DNA of 64,000 nt from Pseudovirgaria hyperparasitica (taxonomy: Eukaryota), in the NCBI GenBank assembly GCA_010093815.1, contig ML996569.1, one strand, 5' to 3'. The notes beneath the pieces were generated by a model. The model was not told the DNA's origin. It searched no databases and worked only from the letters and a program-made list of their open reading frames with translations. The position numbers and the translations under genes were made by a program. Of this stretch, positions 51,836-64,000 are shown piece after piece. How positions within the stretch are numbered: position 1 is the first letter of the stretch; the number at the start of each line of letters is the position of its first letter.

Positions 51836-53038
51836 ATGGCCGAGAATGATGCTCCCACATCGTGGACAGAACGTCATACGAGAATGCCAGGATATGATCC
51901 TTCGCGAAGGTATACAGAGGACCATCTGAGTACATTCAAGATTGAGCCTCCTCCAGCATTTCAACTAGAAAATCATTATTTGGGGCAAAGAGAAGAAGAA
52001 GCCTTCTACAAGGTATCTAAACACTGCCAGTAAAATTCTTCACGTCAGATCCTCAGCCACAGTCATTGCCGAGAGACTTTGGGACAAAGCACCCTTGTTA
52101 CTCCTCACTAACAACTTACAGGACATGGACATCCCAGATGCCGAACAGAGAAAGAGACTGCCTCCTTCTCGCTTCCTGTCTGTGCCTGACGGCCCTTCGC
52201 GCCAGCCCTCTCTGGGTCCCCCAAACGTATACAGACCAATGCAACAGTACCTGCGCGAGCCGACTCCAAATGAAGCCATCTCTCATCCAAGAGCAATGAC
52301 AATGCCCCCGCCCGGTGTCCTCCAAGACCACATGCCCGGGCATTACATGGCAAACCAGACCTTCATGCCAGCCATGGGACCGCAATACACATTCCATAAC
52401 GGGCCTATGATCCCTCACAGAATTATCAAGTCAGAATATCATGGTCCAGCGGGTCCTCAACCACAACAACAGGCACAAAACTACGTCGAGACGCTCAATT
52501 TCGGCGGCTTTCTGCACCCTCAACATGCGCCATTGCAGCTTCATCCTCCGATGCGCAACGACCCGCCTCCCATGTGTCAGTTTGGCTTTGCGGACGAGTT
52601 GCTCGCTGGAACCCAGACACTCGAATCAGTACGTACAAACCCTTTACAGTGAAATTCCTTGACTTATATCACTGCGTCTCCCGTGATGAACTACGAGCTC
52701 ACCCTGAGAGAATCTCAACTTGTCTCTCAACTCCCACTATCATAAAGCAGTTCTACACTCACAAACTACCTCATATCCTGTACTTCAACTCATCTCCCTG
52801 GCTTCCAATCTCCCTCACTCAAGAGACTAACATCTGCCAGACCCTCCACGTCAAAGACCGCCTCCTCGCCGAACACAACCGCCTCACAAACCAATACTCC
52901 GCCCTCGACTCCCGCGGCGCTTCGCTCGAGCAGCGCCTCCCCATCGTTGCACGCGCCCGCGAGTGCAAACGCAGACTTGAGATTTTGAATCGCAGACTGC
53001 ATGATCTGGAGCATGCTGCTGGGCTTGGGTATGCATAG
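51836..53038 (+). CDS. Hypothetical protein, Pro/Gln-rich middle and C-terminal coiled coil
   Basis: ATG 51836 MAENDAPTSW...; intron 52013..52121 (GTATCT..CTAAC..CAG) joins in frame; probable short intron 52576..52616 (GTCAGT..CAG) joins the ORF ending 53038; no recognisable family. Confidence 0.5.
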
Positions 53039-53864
53039 TTTGGGATGAATTGGGATGGACAGGTGTGAGGAACGGGGAGTTGGTGTCTGGGTGTGAATAT
53101 GAGAGATTGTGGTTTGTGGTCTGCTTGCGGTGGTGTGGCGCTGAGTGGAGGGTCTTGGGGGGGGGGGGAGATGGCGTCGACGTCGGTAATATGGGAGGTT
53201 TGGGAGATAGGGCTGTACGTAGGTCAAATATACTGCGGTTTCGCATCTTGCTTGTGGGTTGTTAAGGCGTCGGATGTTATACTATCGCCAGAGATTCACA
53301 AACACTATTCTGTGCCACTGGAATTTATGGGCTCTTGAGCGCATGGAACTTAGGGTGGAGGGTATTGTGCTTGATGGACATGGTATAAATGAGAGGATGA
53401 GGGGACTCTGATAGGAGAACAGTGATGATGATATCGAAAATATCGAATTACGACACACGAATCTTAACACTGACTTTGCACGGTTGGAAAATTGGCGGCC
53501 GAACGATAACCATTTAGTGTGGATCTCATGCTCAGTCTTACTCCTGGGAAAGCAATATTGTCGATCGGTATTCACCTATAGTAAGCATGTACACGCATAT
53601 CAGTGTGTTTTGGCATGGAGAAGGCCTCGGGTGTAGCCTCTCGCCTGCCGAAAGGATCGTAAGAGGAAGTCTTATACTGTATTGATAACCAAAGCTATGG
53701 AGAAGCACGCGCTTTTACCCGCCGCATGCATTCGTTTGACAACTCCTTCACACGCTTATTTAGCACCACCCATCCATCCATTGCATCTCATCAGCATTAA
53801 CCTGAGCGAGCCCGCGATTCTGCTGTGATGTGGCATCGGAATGAACACACACTCTTCCGAACTA

Positions 53865-55996
53865 TCATCCCGATCGTTCGGAAGTGGACATCAGACTGCC
53901 AATGAAGGTGGTGATGAGTCGACTGCGGACATTGGCAATATCCTCGGGAACCAGCCAGATGGTGGCCCCCATCTTACGAGCAATACTGATAGCGAGTTTG
54001 GCATTCATGTACGCTTCCTCGTCTGATCTGCCGCTTGCAACCATGTCATAGTCGACGTAGCTGCTCTTCATGCCGCTCAGAACATCGAGTAGGAATACAC
54101 CGGTACCAAGAGTAGAGTCCTTGAAGCTGCGGATTGCTGGAGACTTGCCGCCGCCTTGGCGTGCCTTGTCGTTCGCCCATTTGACCATGTCTCCATCTGT
54201 AATTTCGCGTTTGCCTAGTCGTTGAGCTAGAGCCGAAAGAGTCGAGATTATGTCACGGCGCATCAGTTGCCACACCATGCCCAACGTCAGAGTCCGCTGA
54301 CCGTCAGTGATGTCGGCTCCTTGAATACCGACTAGTGAGAAGTGATTCTGTTTCCCGAGCTCTACAGCGTAGTTTGTGTTTTCCACAGCCTTGAAGCGCA
54401 TGACTTCACCACCACTTGCAGGTCTCTTGTTGACGTGCCGCCAGTTCACACTACCAGGAATGACTTTGTCGTACGCCTGTAAGAGAATAGTGCCATCTTG
54501 CAGATCATCGAAGAACGATACTACCGTGGGTTGCACGTCCAGGGAGTTGAGCCACAGGGTAAACACACGAGCTTCACGTTCACCTTCGGCATCAAAGTCC
54601 TCAATATCCGCCTTTTCTTCTTCCGTGATGGGATCTAGACCAGGGTGGGTATTGAACAGATTGGCAACGAATGCAAGATTGAGCTTCGGATTTCCAGCCA
54701 CCAGTGACTTTGGCGTAAGAAATTTGCGGCAATCTAGGCGGTCGGCGTTATCGAGGACTTGCTCGGCGCGCTGATGAAGATCCTGCGTCTGAAGTGGTGC
54801 TCTCGAGCAAATATCAGGTTTCAATTGGTTGAGCAGGACGGTATAGTTTTCACCATCGGATACGTCTTTGGAAAAGTTCGACACACTACAGTCATCATGA
54901 ATACTGGCCTCTAAAAAAGGGGACAGTACTTACTTTCTGTGCCACTTAGCATTTTTAAGGTGGTAGTTGAACCATCGAAGCAAGATTTGCTCTGGCGGTA
55001 ACCTCAAGAACTGCTCCAAAGTTTCATCATCGTCCAAAAGACGATACAGCTCCGGGTGCAGCCTGATATCGATCTTGCCGAGCAGACCTCTTCTGATCAC
55101 CTGCCAGATCAAGCCAAGAATGAGATGTTCTCGTACTTCAATAATGTCTCCGCTACCAATATTCACGACTGAACATCCAATACCCTTTGCGGATTCGATA
55201 ACAATATTATTGTTCTCGGTCATGTGGAAAGCATTCAACTTCTTAATCTTCTTGCCCTCCCTATTGAGAACACGCTCGTCAATCGTGTCTGGTACGCTAT
55301 CGTTGATCAGCTTTGCTAGTACCAAACCATCCTTGCATTGGTCGAACATCTCGAACGTGTCGGTCGGGAAAGGTAGTCGGTCCCCAATGTCAGCGTCGCC
55401 GGCCAAAACTGTATTAATGTGTCGGGTGAACTCGGTGCGTTCATCCTCGTTGATGGTATGGGTGACGTTGGCAGACGATCCTTGCACTTGGATTCTTCCT
55501 CCGCCACTGGCACCTTGACTGCTCTTGTGCGCATGCTGTGGGGATTGGGGTGGCGCTGCGCCACTGAGACCTCGTGGTCGTGTTGGACCAGTCGACATGC
55601 GCTGTTGCGCAGGAGAAGATTGTCTCAATTTCGAGATGAGCTGGAGGAGCTGCGTTAGTGATTGTTTTTCGTAGCGACGATGATCGCTATAGAACAACTA
55701 ACGTCAACATAGTCGTCGAGCTCGACCCTCCTTGAGCTATCTAGTTCCACTTCTTTCAGCGCCTGGCGGACGACATCATACGGCTGGCGCTCTGATGTTT
55801 GTGTAGCCTTTATGACGGTGGCCTCGTCAAGGTAGCCTTTATCGTCAACGTCGAGTTTACGGAATGCATCTTGAAGCCCGAAGATGGCACCTTGGTCGAA
55901 CTGTGGGTATTTTCTAGAATCAAACATCTCATCAGCATCGACTCTTGATTATTGTAGTGGCGGGAAGACTTACCTTTGAAGCTTGATCACATTCAT
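53865..55996 (-). CDS. fimA: Fimbrin (actin-bundling protein, EF-hand-like region + 4 CH domains)
   Basis: MNVIKLQRKYPQFD...; 'THTINEDERTEFTRHIN', 'LRLPPEQILLRWFNYHLK', 'GEREARVFTLWLNSL', 'NAKLAISIARKMGA'; introns 55914..55973, 55641..55702, 54886..54933. Confidence 0.97.
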
Positions 55997-58117
55997 AATT
56001 GCGACTGTGGTGAAGCGCGCAGAGGTTAGGAGGGGTCGCTGTCAGATTCAAAGGTGGTGCGATGGTAGAGGAACGATTTACCGTACCGCCGGGCCTAATT
56101 ATACGATGGAAGCCTTGGAGTGACTATATTTGAACAATGCTTGAGCACGACACGCGCGTCGAAGAGAACAGCTGCAAATAATATGCACTCTTGGCACACT
56201 TTCGCTGACGTACCCCTTCAAGGAGAGAACGACCTGAGGGGTACGGGGTACTTTGGGGCTGTGCTTCTTGGCGGGGAAATTTCTCACTAGCCACAAGGCG
56301 TGGTGCTGGTGCCTGAGGCCACTTTTGATTATGCAGTCAAAACGAGTCACGAGCCATCACAAACGTCGCCGTTGAGGTCGTGGCTAGGCTCCACGCACTC
56401 TAGGAGATCGACGAGATGCTCCCCGGTCATCAACGAACGAGATCTAGTGAGTTGATGAAGTGGAAGTCATATTGTTGAGGCTCAGCCTTGACTGGCAATA
56501 TCGCTCACGAACAGTATCAAAAAGTCTGTGTGGCAGTCCGTTCTCACATACTAGAATCAATCTTGATCGAGTGCAAACACGAGTTCTCTACTATGTAGGT
56601 CAAAGTGGTGCCCCATATCTTACATTCTCAGTCATACAACAGATGATATTGAGCAAGTATGACTTGCGGATGGTCTTACCCCTGTAACAAGGTTGTCCTG
56701 GTTGGCGAACACTTTTCTCAGGATAACGCCATCGTTATATCGAAGCCAATGCGCAGTCTCCTGCCATCGGCGTAGCATGATAGCGGATATTCTGGAAAAT
56801 TAGTACATATGAGTTTGAGAGAAATGATCACGCTCGCATATCAGTGCTCGTGCCATTGATGACGTCAAAAACTCCTCAGGACTTTTACATGAGGCTGGCC
56901 GGCCGCGATTCGTTCTCGATTGAGGTCATCCACAAGGAAACTGAGTGTGTACTGTGAGGTAGGTTCCTCATACACATTGAAGTCTGTGCTATCATCGAAG
57001 CCTCTGTCATGATACCGTGTCCATGGTGGAAATGAAGACGAATGTAGTAATCGCGTGTAAGGGGACCCTGGAAATATGGACCGCCGACGCTCTTTATGTT
57101 TCGGACACGCTAAGGCTGGCGAGATGTAAATTCAGTTCAAGTTGAGTAGAGGTAGTCACGTAACGTGGGAAATGAGCAGAAAAGCTACTGCTCTGTGCGG
57201 CCATATAGAGCTTGATGACTTCCCTTCCAATAAAGTTATATGCAAAGTAGGGTTCCGGTGACTACTTCGGACTGATGCCAGACAAATCACGCGTAAGGGT
57301 TATGGTAGGAGGATACACGGTGTATTTTTTTTGATAATGGATTCGAATTGTAAGAAACGCGGCGTGCGTGACTCGTGAGTTTTCACTTGAATAGCGCTAA
57401 GCCTGCGGAACATGGTGCGGGCCGCAGCGTACACAGCGAACAAGCAATCATCGGTTGCTTATCTGTATGCTTTCTAGAGCGAGCTTTGAGTGTTGTGGCG
57501 TCATGAGAAACAGCACTGCTCATCATGCCACCAAGCATCAAGCACACATGGTTGGAGATCACTAGAACTTGATAATAATTACATTGAAGCAGGGTCGCGT
57601 GTTGCCTTGCATAAACCCATTCATATTTTTGTGGTCAGATGCCCCTTCAGCACTGTGCACCAACATACCTCACGCATTGCTCATAGTCCGTGAATCACAC
57701 TGCCTTGAAGGAAACGAGACGTCTCGCCAGCAACCAAAAGAAAAGTAATGAACATATAGGGTGGCTGTAGGTGTGAACGGATAAAACGTCGAGTGCAGAA
57801 GATCTCAGCGATCATTGAAGCGCGTATTCGGAAGCCAAGTAAGTCTATAAGACGCCGAACCCGAAGCCCCCTAAGTCGTAACATCAAATGTCGAAGTGTC
57901 GAAGAATATGCGGACGAGCCCTTCGCCGGCGAGCGCAAGTCTGAGAAAGAGGCGAGGCCGGTACCATAAAGAGAGGTGAACATGCCAGCGCCGTGGGGAT
58001 TAAAAAGATATATCTTTTTGTGTTACATGCGTTTTCTATGCGCTACCACGTCATGTGGTCAATATCCTTTGCAGGTCGTCATGCTTTCCCCCTGGTATCG
58101 CTCGGCCCGGGAGTCGA

Positions 58118-59515
58118 TTAGACTCCCTTCTCACCGAGCATGCTCGAGACTGCAGAGTTATACTGCTCCGGAGCGAATGTTGGGGCGAGGCCACCAAGCA
58201 AAACAAACATCGTGAACAGAATGACACCGAAGACAATCAGCTTGCGCAAGGCTGGGCGGGTTGCTCCAAATTCCGCCCATGAGCGTGAGCCCTGACCAAT
58301 GTACTCCTTGAGCTTATCAGTACCAAGCTTGTAGTAGACAAGGCCACCGAGAGCCACAGAGTAACCAAAGGCTTGTAGTAGAGAGACTGGGTCGTGGAAG
58401 AGAAGCATGGAGCAGAGAACAAGGAGGATATCCTTCAGTACCCCAGAAAGAGTTAGGACAAGAGAGGAGGTTTTGCCAATCTGTGATATGAATTAGTATC
58501 AAGTTTGTCCTGTAAATCGATAGAACGTACCAGGAAGACGACAGAAACGTTGAGGAGGAATGCTACAGTAGCGTTGGCGAATAATGTAAAACCACCGACG
58601 CGCTGGATATCGACCATGCCCATCTTATGAGATTCAGCGAAGATCCATACGATGAAGTTCATAACAGCACAGCATGGGGCGTAATAATAAAGAGACACCA
58701 GAGGATCCATCTTGAACTCGGAAGAGCTGAGAAGGCGCTGGACCATGACGAGGCGAGTAGCCTCGAAGAGGATACCTGCGACCTGGTAGAGGAAGCCCGT
58801 CATGTCGAATTTGATCTCGCCGAAAGAAGCGATCATTACACCGAGTACGATGAACGACACGTTCCCGAGCTGCTTCCAGTTCGGGGGAGCGACGCCCAAA
58901 GCCCAGGTGACAAGAAGAACAGCGACGGGCATGGTGGCCTGTTATGGTTAGAGATTCCCTTCATATTAACATAGAACGCCATACCTTGAGCATCTGGATG
59001 AAAGCCACAGAGAGATACAGATAGGTCTGATTACCACAGATCAAGCTGACACTGAAGAAGATACCAATTGGGACAATAGCACGGAGGTATACACGGCCAC
59101 TCATGGGCACCTTCTTCCGAGAGTCCAGTAGATTTGTGAATCTAGCCAAAATCTGTGTCATGATTGTCGCAAATAGCAAATGCCATGTGGTGAGGAAAAT
59201 TGGGAAGGCTGAGAGAGTCAGAATGAATTGTCTTCTGAGATGTCGCAATAGGCTTACGGAAACCCGCTCTGTCCAAAATGTACTTGTTGAAAACAATGAC
59301 GCTACCAGACATGGCAATCCATGTTCTGCGGTATAGTTAGTATTTAGCAGTAGGCGTGTTATTGCATTCACTGAAGAGACTTACGCAATGTAAGCGGCTG
59401 GGTGAAGCGCTGCCTTCTCCTGTTGCTTCACCTCCGGGTTGACAGTCGGAAGGACCGGTTGAGCTGTATCGCGAGCGGCGTCAACAGACGACCGCATTTT
59501 CTCGTCGCTCGACAT
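58118..59515 (-). CDS. glfB: Nucleotide-sugar transporter (TPT family), probable UDP-galactofuranose transporter
   Basis: MSSDEKMRSSVDAARD...HPAAYIA; 'FPIFLTTWHL', 'AIVPIGIFFSVSLICGN..YLYLSVAFIQMLK', 'KMDPLVSLYYYAP'; multiple TM segments; divergent from UDP-galactopyranose mutase as for Aspergillus glfA/glfB. Confidence 0.85.
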
Positions 59516-61228
59516 TGTGTTTTATAGATGAATTTGGAGGAAGAGGGTAAGGACGAAAAAGAGTGTGTTGGGCGCTGTGGTAGAGGTGATAAGGAAGGCG
59601 TCAGTGGAAGTATTCGAGCTGTGCTCAGACGCAAAAGTGGGGAGGAAGAAAAGATGTGGACGGAAGAAAGAGGAGGTCAGCACACTGCGATTTCGTGCAG
59701 GTGGTGTTGGATACAAATGGCTGTCGAAAACGACGAGAGGAAGGGATGAAGAAGACTCTTGTCCGTACGAGACGGCGACGGTAGGGATTATTATTAGATG
59801 CGAGGGTGGGATTTTCGGTGAGAAGGCACGAAAGGGGGCTAGAGAGGAAAAGCAATCAGAAATGATGCTTAGGTAAGTTCGGAATTGTTCCAGGTTTCAA
59901 GATTAGGAACTTATCCCACCATAAATTTGATCCCGACGGCGAGTGATTGCGCACGCTTTGGAGAGTGGCTTGCCATTCCTGCATCTCCTTTTGCCAATCG
60001 CCATCTCCAGGACCCCCTGAACCTGCGAGGCTTGCTGGCTGGCTCTGCAGTTGCATCTCCATCGAACAATTTTGGCAATGCAATCTGTTCTCTACTCACT
60101 ACTACATAGTACAAGAAATATCTGGATTCGGCGCGTGCAACGTTGAAAGGCTGGCTGCGATACCCTGCACAGGGCAAAGAGCCCCTAGGCCAGGCAAGCT
60201 TTGGCTAAGACTGACTGTACTCCCGTAACGACGACCAGCCTAGAATGTCGTGATCGCTGGTTCAGTCTTCCACGCAACAACGTAAAACGTAGCTAATTCC
60301 CCTTCGAAGTTCGTAGGTGTTGGTGGCTCCATTTGGCCCTAATTACATCGGATAGGTAGTGTACTACCCTTTAAGGCTGAGGCTCGCCAGGGCTTCATGC
60401 TTCGAGGCTCAGCTGGATTACGCCTCTCAAGAATAATTAGTCGCGACATGTCCACCTGTCAACATCGTCTCACAAAAATGCTTGCTTGCTTGCTTATTAC
60501 ACTGTACCTACATGATGATGTAAGGGATGTTATGCGACATTGCCTCAGTCGATTCTGGATAGTTGACAGGTCAACTTCGTCGTCCTCTACTAACATGAAA
60601 CGCAGTGGCACGGAGCACCAATCGCGGGGGCGCACGTTAGATAGAAATCGGGTAGTGTGTGAGCGTCTTGTATTCTTTTCAATGCGCCTATCAGTACCTC
60701 TAAGGGACACACGCTGTACAGAAAACTCCAATGACAAGTCAGCCTTCCAGACCGCTTCTAGAGACATTAATTACTTTCTCTTAATTACAGCGGCCCTGGA
60801 GGATCTCCTTTCCTCCCATTGCCCCTTTTCCTTAAACAGACGCGAGCAGATGGTGGTGGCAGATTAGTGGAATGGGCAGCCGATAAGTAGCCCATAGCTT
60901 TTCTTATTAGCCGCTGCCCCAGTGGCCAGGTGGGGATGCAACGCCCGCTAATAGCAGCTACCCAGGTAGCTAGCTGATCTGATACGAGTCTTGGGGGCGC
61001 TCAATTTCTGGTAAACCTCGAAAAATAAAACCTCCCACGGCCCTATTTGACATCTGCTCTGACCATTTCCCCTCATCCCGTCCTGCCTCAACGCACACCA
61101 CTATCCCTGATTCATCTTCCTCTCTGTCTCCTCCTTGACAGAGAACCGTCTAATTACTCTCGTTAATGCTGGGAGTTGCAAAATCTCTTTATAAGAAGAT
61201 CAGTATCCCGGATTTTCTACGAGGCAAC

Positions 61229-63093
<1,865 letters not shown>

Positions 63094-64000
63094 ATGATAC
63101 CGCATTCTTTTCAAGTTTGAGCATTTGAGATGCGCGGAAAAGAAAAACGACGTGATGAATGGGCATTTGGAGATACTAGACGGAACGTGTCACGGACACC
63201 TGGGAAACAGATGATGTGTACAGCGAATTTAGATAGATTCCTGTTTGAGCGTTTGTACGCCCTTTGGGAAGCTTGCTCACAGATACAGCGTAGAGCTAAT
63301 TACAGCCTCTTTAGATGTGCTAGAACGAACCATCTGTCAAGTAAAATAATCAAAAGCTGTGAACGGAAACGGGAATGGATGGATGACATTCAAACATAGC
63401 TCTTCCGACAGTCCTCGTAGCCATCTACTGTGAATGCAACTCAATCTATTGCCCGTCTTACTAACGATACCACATCGTCTCTTTTCGGCCAATTCCTGGC
63501 ATATATCTGCTAGTGCTAATGGATTGCCCGGGCGCCACCTGCAGGGTGCGACTACCCTACCACCGCTGGCGGCTGGCCCTGACAGTGTGGCCCTGGCTTG
63601 CCGGCATACCCTGGCGCATGTAATGTAATATATTTTGGATATTATTCCATCTCACCATGCTAAAAACCTGCATCGGATCCACATTATATTTCTTCTCTTT
63701 TCATTATCTATTCTCCACCCCTGTGCCGCTATCGTCGCCAGCCAGTCTAGATTCCGGCTGGCTTTCCTGGCTTTTACAGTATACACTTTTTACTGTACCC
63801 ATTTACTTACTTATTACTGTCCGCAGTACCATGGAAGGTAGTGTTGATTGGCGTTGATATGGATGGATGCCCGATATGTTACAAGGTGGCGCGCTTCCAC
63901 TTTCCTGTCTTACTCTTGTTCCTCGTCTCAGCCCTAGGTTCAGCCGTAAAACGTACCTAAGTATATCTCCCCTTTTCGATGCGTAAGCGGGGAATGGGCT

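Noticed and set aside
56000..58100. Possible gene between fimA and glfB
   Set aside because: Only short ORFs without recognisable motifs or consistent splice signals

Overview
Eukaryotic DNA from a filamentous ascomycete (Pezizomycotina-type short GT..CTRAC..YAG introns). About 17 protein-coding genes are supported. Left block: nma111 (partial), a small Myb-like protein, AP-2 sigma, a TM+SH3 protein, a CSN12/PCI protein, bli-3, two dienelactone-hydrolase-family genes, rmt2, hrp1 and gyp1. Centre: the APSES regulator stuA, flanked by ~22 kb of gene-free, microsatellite-saturated DNA. Right block: mitochondrial 1-Cys peroxiredoxin, an orphan gene, fimbrin and the divergent glfB/glfA galactofuranose pair. 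Most interesting signals: (i) a 4-copy ~170-bp tandem array upstream of prx1 whose units fold into ~130-nt hairpins with an invariant 20-nt 5' arm (candidate microRNA-like RNA cluster); (ii) a ~2.45-kb stuA leader with a single ATG (7-codon uORF) and a 156-codon AUG-less in-frame N-terminal extension with a CUG in strong context; (iii) repeated C/A-rich to G/T-rich skew flips that invert synonymous codon usage inside genes; (iv) a ~280-codon in-frame extension of CSN12; (v) a 1.13-kb intron in hrp1. Gene identities come from motif recognition, not database searches, and exon boundaries were inferred by eye.
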